Shown one piece after another: positions 12,001 to 21,058 of a stretch of 64,000 nucleotides of DNA. Every line of letters begins with the position of its first letter. The stretch's first letter is position 1. The position numbers and the translations under genes are program-made. The stretch comes from Eledone cirrhosa. Its lineage: Eukaryota. The stretch spans positions 2,542,001 through 2,606,000 of the forward strand of contig OZ024741.1 in the NCBI GenBank assembly GCA_964016885.1, in the 5' to 3' direction. The notes beneath the pieces were generated by a model. It had not been told where the DNA came from and did not search any database. It was given only the letters and a program-made list of their open reading frames with translations.

Positions 12001-15000
12001 TGAAGTGGTGTAGTCAATAGGTTTAAGAGGTGTAGTCAATAGGTTTAAGAGGTGTAGTCAATAGGTTTAAGAGGTGTAGTCAATAGGTTGAAGAGGTGTA
12101 GTCAATAGGTTTAAGAGGTGTAGTCAATAGGTTTAAGAGGTGTAGTCAATAGGTTTAAGAGGTGTAGTCAATAGGTTGAAGAGGTGTAGTCAATAGGTTT
12201 AAGAGGTGTAGTCAATAGGTTTAAGAGGTGTAGTCAATAGGTTTAAGAGCTGTAGTCAATAGGTTGAACAGGTGTAGTCAATAGGTTTAAGAGGTGTAGT
12301 CAATAGGTTTAAGAGCTGTAGTCAATAGGTTGAAGAGGTGTAGTCAATAGGTTTAAGAGGTGTAGTCAATAGGTTGAAGAGGTGTAGTCAATAGGTTTCA
12401 GAGGTGTAGTCAACAGGTTTAAGAGGTGTAGTCAATAGGTTTAAGAGCTGTAGTCAATAGGTTGAAGAGGTGTAGTCAATAGGTTGAAGAGGTGTAGTCA
12501 ATAGGTTGAAGAGGTGTAGTCAATAGGTTGAAGAGGTGTAGTCAACAGGTTTAAGAGGTGTAGTCAATAGGTTTAAGAGCTGTAGTCAATAGGTTGAAGA
12601 GGTGTAGTCAATAGGTTGAAGAGGTGTAGTCAATAGGTTGAAGAGGTGTAGTCAATAGGTTTGAGAGGTGTAGTCAATAGGTTGAAGAGGTGTAGTCAAT
12701 AGGTTTAAGAGGTGTAGTCAACAGGTTTAAGAGGTGTAGTCAATAGGTTTAAGAGGTGTAGTCAATAGGTTTAAGAGGTGTAGTCAATAGGTTTAAGAGG
12801 TGTAGTCAACAGGTTTAAGAGTTGTAGTCAATAGGTTTAAGAGGTGTAGTCAATAGGTTGAAGAGGTGTAGTCAATAGGTTTAAGAGGTGTAGTCAATAG
12901 GTTGAAGAGGTGTAGTCAATAGGTTTAAGAGGTGTAGTCAACAGGTTTAAGAGGTGTAGTCAATAGGTTTAAGAGCTGTAGTCAATAGGTTTAAGAGGTG
13001 TAGTCAATAGGTTTAAGAGGTGTAGTCAATAGGTTGAAGAGGTGTAGTCAATAGGTTTAAGAGCTGTAGTCAATAGGTTTAAGAGGTGTAGTCAATAGGT
13101 TTAAGAGGTGTAGTCAACAGGTTTAAGAGGTGTAGTCAATAGGTTTAAGAGGTGTAGTCAATAGGTTTAAGAGGTGTAGTCAATAGGTTTAAGAGGTGTA
13201 GTCAACAGGTTTAAGAGGTGTAGTCAATAGGTTTAAGAGCTGTAGTCAATAGGTTGAAGAGGTGTAGTCAATAGGTTGAAGAGGTGTAGTCAATAGGTTT
13301 AAGAGCTGTAGTCAATAGGTTTAAGAGGTGTAGTCAATAGGTTGAAGAGGTGTAGTCAATAGGTTTAAGAGCTGTAGTCAATAGGTTGAAGAGGTGTAGT
13401 CAATAGGTTTAAGAGGTGTAGTCAATAGGTTGAAGAGGTGTAGTCAATAGGTTTAAGAGGTGTAGTCAACAGGTTTAAGAGGTGTAGTCAATAGGTTTAA
13501 GAGGTGTAGTCAATAGGTTTAAGAGGTGTAGTCAATAGGTTTAAGAGCTGTAGTCAATAGGTTGAAGAGGTGTAGTCAATAGGTTTAAGAGGTGTAGTCA
13601 ACAGGTTTAAGAGGTGTAGTCAATAGGTTTAAGAGGTGTAGTCAATAGGTTTAAGAGGTGTAGTCAATAGGTTTAAGAGGTGTAGTCAATAGGTTTAAGA
13701 GCTGTAGTCAATAGGTTGAAGAGGTGTAGTCAATAGGTTTAAGAGGTGTAGTCAATAGGTTGAAGAGGTGTAGTCAATAGGTTGAAGAGGTGTAGTCAAC
13801 AGGTTTAAGAGGTGTAGTCAATAGGTTTAAGAGCTGTAGTCAATAGGTTGAAGAGGTGTAGTCAATAGGTTGAAGAGGTGTAGTCAATAGGTTTAAGAGC
13901 TGTAGTCAATAGGTTTAAGAGGTGTAGTCAATAGGTTGAAGAGGTGTAGTCAATAGGTTTAAGAGCTGTAGTCAATAGGTTGAAGAGGTGTAGTCAATAG
14001 GTTGAAGAGGTGTAGTCAATAGGTTGAAGAGGTGTAGTCAATAGGTTTAAGAGGTGTAGTCAATAGGTTGAAGAGGTGTAGTCAATAGGTTGAAGAGGTG
14101 TAGTCAACAGGTTTAAGAGGTGTAGTCAATAGGTTTAAGAGCTGTAGTCAATAGGTTGAAGAGGTGTAGTCAATAGGTTGAAGAGGTGTAGTCAATAGGT
14201 TTAAGAGCTGTAGTCAATAGGTTGAAGAGGTGTAGTCAATAGGTTGAAGAGGTGTAGTCAATAGGTTGAAGAGGTGTAGTCAATAGGTTGAAGAGGTGTA
14301 GTCAATAGGTTGAAGAGGTGTAGTCAATAGGTTGAAGAGGTGTAGTCAATAGGTTGAAGAGGTGTAGTCAATAGGTTTAAGAGGTGTAGTCAATAGGTTT
14401 AAGAGGTGTAGTCAATAGGTTGAAGAGGTGTAGTCAATAGGTTTAAGAGGTGTAGTCAATAGGTTTAAGAGGTGTAGTCAATAGGTTTAAGAGGTGTAGT
14501 CAATAGGTTGAAGAGGTGTAGTCAATAGGTTTAAGAGGTGTAGTCAATAGGTTTAAGAGGTGTAGTCAATAGGTTTAAGAGCTGTAGTCAATAGGTTGAA
14601 CAGGTGTAGTCAATAGGTTTAAGAGGTGTAGTCAATAGGTTTAAGAGCTGTAGTCAATAGGTTGAAGAGGTGTAGTCAATAGGTTTAAGAGGTGTAGTCA
14701 ATAGGTTGAAGAGGTGTAGTCAATAGGTTTCAGAGGTGTAGTCAACAGGTTTAAGAGGTGTAGTCAATAGGTTTAAGAGCTGTAGTCAATAGGTTGAAGA
14801 GGTGTAGTCAATAGGTTGAAGAGGTGTAGTCAATAGGTTGAAGAGGTGTAGTCAATAGGTTGAAGAGGTGTAGTCAACAGGTTTAAGAGGTGTAGTCAAT
14901 AGGTTTAAGAGCTGTAGTCAATAGGTTGAAGAGGTGTAGTCAATAGGTTGAAGAGGTGTAGTCAATAGGTTGAAGAGGTGTAGTCAATAGGTTTGAGAGG

Positions 15001-17178
15001 TGTAGTCAATAGGTTGAAGAGGTGTAGTCAATAGGTTTAAGAGGTGTAGTCAACAGGTTTAAGAGGTGTAGTCAATAGGTTTAAGAGGTGTAGTCAATAG
15101 GTTTAAGAGGTGTAGTCAATAGGTTTAAGAGGTGTAGTCAACAGGTTTAAGAGTTGTAGTCAATAGGTTTAAGAGGTGTAGTCAATAGGTTGAAGAGGTG
15201 TAGTCAATAGGTTTAAGAGGTGTAGTCAATAGGTTGAAGAGGTGTAGTCAATAGGTTTAAGAGGTGTAGTCAACAGGTTTAAGAGGTGTAGTCAATAGGT
15301 TTAAGAGCTGTAGTCAATAGGTTTAAGAGGTGTAGTCAATAGGTTTAAGAGGTGTAGTCAATAGGTTGAAGAGGTGTAGTCAATAGGTTTAAGAGCTGTA
15401 GTCAATAGGTTTAAGAGGTGTAGTCAATAGGTTTAAGAGGTGTAGTCAACAGGTTTAAGAGGTGTAGTCAATAGGTTTAAGAGGTGTAGTCAATAGGTTT
15501 AAGAGGTGTAGTCAATAGGTTTAAGAGGTGTAGTCAACAGGTTTAAGAGGTGTAGTCAATAGGTTTAAGAGCTGTAGTCAATAGGTTGAAGAGGTGTAGT
15601 CAATAGGTTGAAGAGGTGTAGTCAATAGGTTTAAGAGCTGTAGTCAATAGGTTTAAGAGGTGTAGTCAATAGGTTGAAGAGGTGTAGTCAATAGGTTTAA
15701 GAGCTGTAGTCAATAGGTTGAAGAGGTGTAGTCAATAGGTTTAAGAGGTGTAGTCAATAGGTTGAAGAGGTGTAGTCAATAGGTTTAAGAGGTGTAGTCA
15801 ACAGGTTTAAGAGGTGTAGTCAATAGGTTTAAGAGGTGTAGTCAATAGGTTTAAGAGGTGTAGTCAATAGGTTTAAGAGCTGTAGTCAATAGGTTGAAGA
15901 GGTGTAGTCAATAGGTTTAAGAGGTGTAGTCAACAGGTTTAAGAGGTGTAGTCAATAGGTTTAAGAGGTGTAGTCAATAGGTTTAAGAGGTGTAGTCAAT
16001 AGGTTTAAGAGGTGTAGTCAATAGGTTTAAGAGCTGTAGTCAATAGGTTGAAGAGGTGTAGTCAATAGGTTTAAGAGGTGTAGTCAATAGGTTGAAGAGG
16101 TGTAGTCAATAGGTTGAAGAGGTGTAGTCAACAGGTTTAAGAGGTGTAGTCAATAGGTTTAAGAGCTGTAGTCAATAGGTTGAAGAGGTGTAGTCAATAG
16201 GTTGAAGAGGTGTAGTCAATAGGTTTAAGAGCTGTAGTCAATAGGTTTAAGAGGTGTAGTCAATAGGTTGAAGAGGTGTAGTCAATAGGTTTAAGAGCTG
16301 TAGTCAATAGGTTGAAGAGGTGTAGTCAATAGGTTGAAGAGGTGTAGTCAATAGGTTGAAGAGGTGTAGTCAATAGGTTTAAGAGGTGTAGTCAATAGGT
16401 TGAAGAGGTGTAGTCAATAGGTTGAAGAGGTGTAGTCAACAGGTTTAAGAGGTGTAGTCAATAGGTTTAAGAGCTGTAGTCAATAGGTTGAAGAGGTGTA
16501 GTCAATAGGTTGAAGAGGTGTAGTCAATAGGTTTAAGAGCTGTAGTCAATAGGTTGAAGAGGTGTAGTCAATAGGTTGAAGAGGTGTAGTCAATAGGTTG
16601 AAGAGGTGTAGTCAATAGGTTGAAGAGGTGTAGTCAATAGGTTGAAGAGGTGTAGTCAATAGGTTGAAGAGGTGTAGTCAATAGGTTGAAGAGGTGTAGT
16701 CAATAGGTTTAAGAGGTGTAGTCAATAGGTTGAAGAGGTGTAGTCAATAGGTTGAAGAGGTGTAGTCAATAGGTTGAAGAGGTGTAGTCAATAGGTTGAA
16801 GAGGTGTAGTCAATAGGTTGAAGAGGTGTAGTCAATAGGTTGAAGAGGTGTAGTCAATAGGTTTAAGAGGTGTAGTCAATAGGTTTAAGAGCTGTAGTCA
16901 ACAGGTTTAAGAGGTGTAGTCAATAGGTTTAAGAGCTGTAGTCAACAGGTTTAAGAGGTGTAGTCAATAGGTTGAAGAGGTGTAGTCAATAGGTTTAAGA
17001 GGTGTAGTCAATAGGTTGAAGAGGTGTAGTCAACAGGTTTAAGAGCTGTAGTCAGGTTTAAGAGCTGTAGTCAATAGGTTTAAGAGGTGTAGTCAGGTTT
17101 AAGAGCTGTAGTCAATAGGTTGAAGAGGTGTAGTCAGGTTTAAGAGCTGTAGTCAACAGGTCTAAGAGTGGTAGTCAA
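1..17178. repeat. Satellite A: 22-bp tandem array, consensus GTCAATAGGTT(G/T)AAGAG(G/C)TGTA, about 780 copies, continuing beyond the window start
   Basis: Direct reading. Units start at 1, 661 (22x30+1), 16501 (22x750+1) and 17051 (22x775+1). Variation is almost confined to unit positions 6 (T/C), 12 (G/T), 13 (A/G/C) and 18 (G/C). Confidence 0.99.
17051..17178. repeat. Degenerate edge of satellite A: alternating 19-bp and 22-bp units (41-bp dimer x3)
   Basis: GTCAGGTTTAAGAGCTGTA (3-bp deletion) at 17051, 17092 and 17133 alternates with 22-mers at 17070, 17111 and 17152. Confidence 0.93.
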
Positions 17179-17782
17179 GCTGTAATGAACTGACTTGAAA
17201 CTTAAACCGACTTTCTGCTGTTTACATTGTTGATGATATTTCTGGATAAATATTTCCCTTAAGACTCTAAAATATCAATAATATTGCTGAACATCAGACA
17301 AAATGTCGTTATGAGAATGTCTGGCGAATTATTTCCCATATTTGCGTACTATAGGACTGAACATCGAGACAATCCAGTCATTAAAGGTAGCCACGTGGAA
17401 CAACAGTTTCTTGGGATGATACTAATATACTAAAAGATGGTGTATTTATTCCCTTAAACCTACAAACGTGCTGACCCCTTCACCACAAAACTTTACTGAA
17501 AAATGTATATGTCTTAACTCTATCGACACCAAACCACCTGACATCACTTCTGATTACAAACATCTGTTAATTTTGAAGTGTTATATTTAACTAAAAACCT
17601 GTCATCATAATTTTATGTAAGAACCTTCTTACATCCCCTTATGGATAGTACAAAATATGTTCGTTCACAACTTCTAGGTATACAGCCAGAGTACATCTTC
17701 CCAAAACACACGAATGTCTCACAAACTCGTTTTCTAACCCATGTTTATCTGAAGTTATATAATGAATCAAGATGGAATGACT

Positions 17783-18025
17783 CATACATACAAACAAACA
17801 TACATGTATACACACAAGTATGTTTGAATACATTATGTATTAATGGATGGATTGACGGATGGATGAAGAGGTAGTTAGATAGATATATGTATAGATGATA
17901 GATATATAGATGTATAATAATATAGATTTATACATATATAGATAGTAAAGAAGAGAGTTAGTCTGACAGATGGATAGATTTATACATACATAAATGGTTG
18001 AAAGAAGGATAGACAGATATATACG
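17783..18025. repeat. Degenerate simple-sequence tract (CATA/CAAA, GGAT, GATA/TA-rich)
   Basis: catacatacaaacaaacatacat; atggatggattgacggatggatg; agatagatatatgtatagatgatagat. Confidence 0.8.
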
Positions 18026-18148
18026 TGGTTTGTACACTATTTAAATATAATAGTTAAACCGAATCACCAAAGAATGTAATCGAATCCACTTAATTTTCTA
18101 CCTATGTCAAAATATCTAGTAAGTCCCTAGCAAATCTTAAAGACTTAC

Positions 18149-18285
18149 CCGTCGCTTCATTAACAGCTGGGAAACTTGTTTGAAGAGGAAGAAGATAAAA
18201 ACCTTGTTAATTATCATCCAGAAGGTTTATCTAAGCTTTCGTTCAGCAAAAGCGTAAGAATATCTAAGTTGTTGTCAGGCCAAGG
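18149..18285 (-). other. Candidate 137-nt spliceosomal exon (5'UTR/first coding or non-coding)
   Basis: Minus strand: acceptor TTTCTCCTTCTTCTTTACTTATCGTTTCAG| and donor CGG|GTAAGT. An ATG at 18217 reads 23 codons (MIINKVFIFFLFKQVSQLLMKRR) to the donor in phase 0. No frame is open across the whole exon. Confidence 0.35.
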
Positions 18286-18397
18286 CTGAAACGATAAGTA
18301 AAGAAGAAGGAGAAATCCATGACTTTAAAACTGAACGAAAATCACATGACAAAAATATCAAAATCCTTAATTTTTTCCAATATACACAAACACTACT

Positions 18398-18538
18398 TGG
18401 CTCCTTGGTTGAGTGTTTTTAGAAAGTTCTCGACACACGGAGTTCAAATCGCGCTGATAAAGTACCAGCAATGAGGGTCGGTGGATTGGCAAATTTGTTA
18501 GAGTGCCGGACAAACTGTTCTACAGTTTTTATTCCGGC
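18398..18538 (+). mobile_element. Degenerate tRNA-derived SINE fragment(s)
   Basis: A-box-like TGGCTCCTTGG (18398) and B-box-like GGAGTTCAAATC (18439), followed by GATAAAGTACCAG...GGGTCG and a second head-like piece (GGATTGGCAAATTTGTTAGAGTGCCGGACAAA). The family resemblance is from memory and unverified. Confidence 0.35.
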
Positions 18539-18595
18539 AAGTATATATAATGTGTAGGTGTGTATGGTGGTTTTCATAATGTGCGTATCAATATA

Positions 18596-18793
18596 CGAGG
18601 CTGGTCTGAAAAGTTCATACGCTAACTATGAAGGAGTGATGCTAGAGCTGTGAAATCTTGCATACATTAATTTCAACTCTTCTAATTAATAACTGCGTTG
18701 TTTCCTTCTAGGGACTATGTTGAAAAATAGATCTCATGTGGTCATTCCATGAGAGTATCTTGGTCAGCATATGAACATTCCAGCTGATCCTCG
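18596..18793 (+). mobile_element. Mariner (Tc1/mariner) non-autonomous deletion derivative/MITE, 198 bp
   Basis: TA on both flanks (18594-95, 18794-95). 31-bp imperfect TIRs: CGAGGCTGGTCTGAAAAGTTCATACGCTAAC versus the reverse complement of the right end, CGAGGATCAGCTGGAATGTTCATATGCTGAC (23/31). Internal AGG GAC TAT GTT GAA AAA TAG (xDYVEK*, 18710-18730) matches the GDYVEK-type mariner transposase C-terminus. Confidence 0.85.
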
Positions 18794-18934
18794 TAGAACT
18801 GTGCGAAAAGAGAAAAGCCTTACTGTGCCAATGACTCGAACTCACAGCAATATATTTTGTGGTTTATTTAATACAACAACCAGTATTGCTTATAAACTGC
18901 TATATTAGAAAGAGGATAGAAACATCTTCCAAAG

Positions 18935-19042
18935 TAACGTTTGACGTGATAACGTGTGACGTGATAACGGCGGACGTGATAACGTGTGACGTGATAACGG
19001 GTGACGTGATAACGTGTGACGTGATAACGGCTGACGTAATAA
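18935..19042. repeat. 15-bp minisatellite TAACGNNNGACGTGA x7 with a 30-bp alternation
   Basis: The variable triplets read TTT, TGT, GCG, TGT, GGT, TGT, GCT; each unit has at least two CpGs. Confidence 0.95.
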
Positions 19043-19180
19043 GCAGAGATATGATTGAAACAGACCAACTCAGCTCCCCTGATGATATTTAACCGAGTCA
19101 TTTCTTGGTGGCTGCTGGCTACAAAATATGTTTCATATATAAAATATCCCGGGACGATGAGGACAGCAGAGATTTTTCGG

Positions 19181-19182
<2 letters not shown>

Positions 19183-19262
<80 letters not shown>
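19183..19262. repeat. (AC)40 microsatellite
   Basis: Direct reading. Confidence 0.99.
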
Positions 19263-19264
<2 letters not shown>

Positions 19265-19284
19265 ATATACAATTACAACAGTGA

Positions 19285-19343
19285 CATAAACAGGTACTCG
19301 AGTTTCGTTGGGTTCTGGGCCCCAACTCATTCAGCCTGTCATG
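19285..19343 (-). ncRNA. Mirror-image copy of the same hammerhead ribozyme motif on the minus strand
   Basis: Exact reverse complement of 19367-19425. Confidence 0.8.
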
Positions 19344-19366
19344 AGAAAAAAAAACTTTATTTTTCT

Positions 19367-19425
19367 CATGACAGGCTGAATGAGTTGGGGCCCAGAACCC
19401 AACGAAACTCGAGTACCTGTTTATG
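19367..19425 (+). ncRNA. Minimal type I hammerhead ribozyme motif (Penelope-like-element style), core variant CUGAAUGA
   Basis: Stem I (CATG)ACAGG / CCTGT(TTATG); core CTGAATGA 19376-83; stem II GTTGGG/CCCAAC with loop GCCCAGAA; GAA followed by palindromic ACTCGAGT as stem III; GUA cleavage triplet at 19413-15. Confidence 0.8.
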
Positions 19426-19510
19426 TCACTGTTGTAATTATTTATACTAAACTCGTCCTATGGACTGAGTGCTCATACTTTTGGATATTACCACTTAACT
19501 TTTACTTCAG

Positions 19511-19513
<3 letters not shown>

Positions 19514-19569
<56 letters not shown>
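19514..19569. repeat. Compound microsatellite (AC)19(AT)9
   Basis: Direct reading. Confidence 0.97.
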
Positions 19570-21056
19570 CATCATCATCATCATCATCACCGTTTTACGT
19601 CCGTTCTTCCACGCTAGCATGGGTTAGACGGGTTGTCCTGTTGTGGGCAGTGTCTGGTCGGCTGACCATGCCTTGCTCATACAGGAACTGATCTGGCTTG
19701 ATTTCTACAGCTGGATGCCCTTCCTAACACCAACCTCATTTACAGTGAGTGCTGGGTGCTTTTTCGTGGCGCCTACACGTCCACTTTACAGTGTGGGCTG
19801 GGTGCTTTTTTTGCCGTGGCACCTCCACGACCACCTTGCGGTGGGGGGGGGGGCATATTGTTTATATGCTTCAGCATGTACCCATGGGAGGTCGGGTACC
19901 CTGTATTACTGCGTGACGCCAGAAGTCACGGTCGTGTGTCATTGACTTTGAGAGGTGTAGTTGGGTAAGGTCGGCTTTTATCACCTCATCCCAAGTCATC
20001 TTGGGTCTCCCCACTCCGCGGTTTCCATCAACTTCTAGTGCTCTGCACCTTTTTATGCAGCTGTCATCCTTCATACGCATCACATGTCCATACCAGCGTA
20101 ACCGCCTCTCCTGCACGCAGCATTTGATTCCTCTTATGCTCAGTCTCTCTCTCAATTCCTTTATGCTTTGTCGTTCACGTATATTACTGTTACACATCCA
20201 TCGGAGCATGCAGGCTTCGTTTCTCTCTAATCTACGTAAGTCTTCCACCTTCAGCGCCCAGGTCTCACTACCATGCAACATCGCTGTTCGGATACACGCA
20301 TCATACAGTCTGCCTTTCATTCTGAGGGAGAAGCCTTTTGCAGCTAGCAGTGGTAGTAGTTCCCTAAACTTCTTCCATCCCGTTCTTACCCTAGTTATTG
20401 TACTTTCTGAGCACCCACCTCCGTTGCTAATTCGGTCACCTAGGTAGCAGAAGCTGTCTACTGTTTCTACAGGGCCCTCCCAGAGATTGGTGGTACTTGT
20501 TTCCTGTGGCTGTTTGCTTGCTGTTTCAGCACAGCTGCTGCATGTGAATCCTACATTCTTAATTAAGCTTCCTGAGATCCCGCTACATCTCTTGTGTACC
20601 CATTGTTTGCATTTGGGGCAGAGAATGGAGTTCCTACCTACACCTTTCCTACATACTGAGCAAGGCCATTTCCCTGAGGGGATCTGGGTTCTGTTTTCTC
20701 GTCTACTTATAAGGACCTTAGTCTTTGTCATGTTGACTTTGAGGCCCTTTCTCTCTAGTCCCTGCTTCCAGGTTTGGAATTTATTCTCTAGTTCTACCAT
20801 AGATTCAGCTATGAGTGCGAGGTCATCAGCATACAGGAGTTCCCATGGGCATCCGGTCTTAAACTCCTCCGTTATTGCCTGCAGGACTATGATGAACAGG
20901 AGAGGGCTAAGAACAGAGCCCTGGTGGACCCCAACCTGTACGCTAAATTCCTCGCTATACTCATTGCCAATCCTAACTTTGCTGACTGCTCCCCTATACA
21001 TGGCTTGTACCGCTTTCACAAGCCATTCATCTACTCCTAGTTTTCTAAGAGCCCAC
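19568..21056 (-). mobile_element. 5'-truncated RTE-clade non-LTR retrotransposon (LINE), about 1.49 kb, with a (GAT/TGA)7 tail, inserted in (AT)n
   Basis: RT C-terminal ORF, an approximately 280-nt 3'UTR (19590-19870), a tandem-repeat tail ((ATC)7 on + at 19568-19588), and (AT)n on both flanks. Confidence 0.92.

Positions 21057-21058
<2 letters not shown>
19871..21058 (-). CDS. Partial LINE reverse transcriptase (C-terminal 395 aa) with an embedded PHD-type zinc finger; endonuclease and N-terminal RT motifs are missing
   Basis: GVHQGSVLSPLLF, LLYADDL (YADD at 20822-20833), GLKVNMTKTK, FCYLG, and RTE-type C-terminal motifs MLHGSETW, RRLRWYGHVMR and GRPKMTW. No stops or frameshifts. Expression is not shown. 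Confidence 0.9.

Larger units (their letters stand above)
19271..19439. repeat. Inverted repeat with perfect 80-bp arms (19271-19350 / 19360-19439) and a 9-nt centre AAAACTTTA
   Basis: The arms are exact reverse complements by manual comparison, with the symmetry centre at C19355. Symmetry extends imperfectly to GTATA (19263) / TATAC (19447). Confidence 0.97.
19263..19513 (+). mobile_element. Probable heavily truncated Penelope-like element end: inverted pseudo-LTR fragments plus an approximately 65-bp one-sided tail, set within a (CA)n tract
   Basis: Hammerhead-bearing inverted duplication, unique tail at 19448-19510 on one side only, and (AC)n on both flanks. Inverted pLTRs carrying minimal hammerheads are an established Penelope-like element trait. 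No PLE ORF is present. Confidence 0.55.

Noticed and set aside
1-17178. CRISPR array or coding repeat
   Set aside because: Units are contiguous with no unique spacers, there are no cas genes, and the ORF track is empty here because stops recur on both strands.
17615-17634. Short palindrome ATGTAAGAA-CC-TTCTTACAT
   Set aside because: 9-bp AT-rich arms with no supporting context; plausible by chance.
17639-18037. Three 64-77-aa ORFs
   Set aside because: Low-complexity AT-rich sequence with no domain features.
18398-18460. Functional tRNA gene
   Set aside because: A/B-box-like motifs only; no cloverleaf can be folded.
19079-19110. CTGATGA as another hammerhead core
   Set aside because: No stem II or downstream GAAA, and no stem I pairing.
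19271-19439. Palindrome as a DNA-transposon MITE, pre-miRNA or rho-independent terminator
   Set aside because: No recognisable superfamily TIR end or clear TSD, a perfect 80-bp stem is atypical of miRNA, and the context is eukaryotic. The hammerhead content points to a Penelope-like origin, though a MITE is not fully excluded.
18859-19968. Short ORFs with DVITC, RYHVT, HT, VC or poly-S repeats
   Set aside because: They arise from the 15-bp minisatellite, microsatellites, the palindrome and the LINE 3'UTR.
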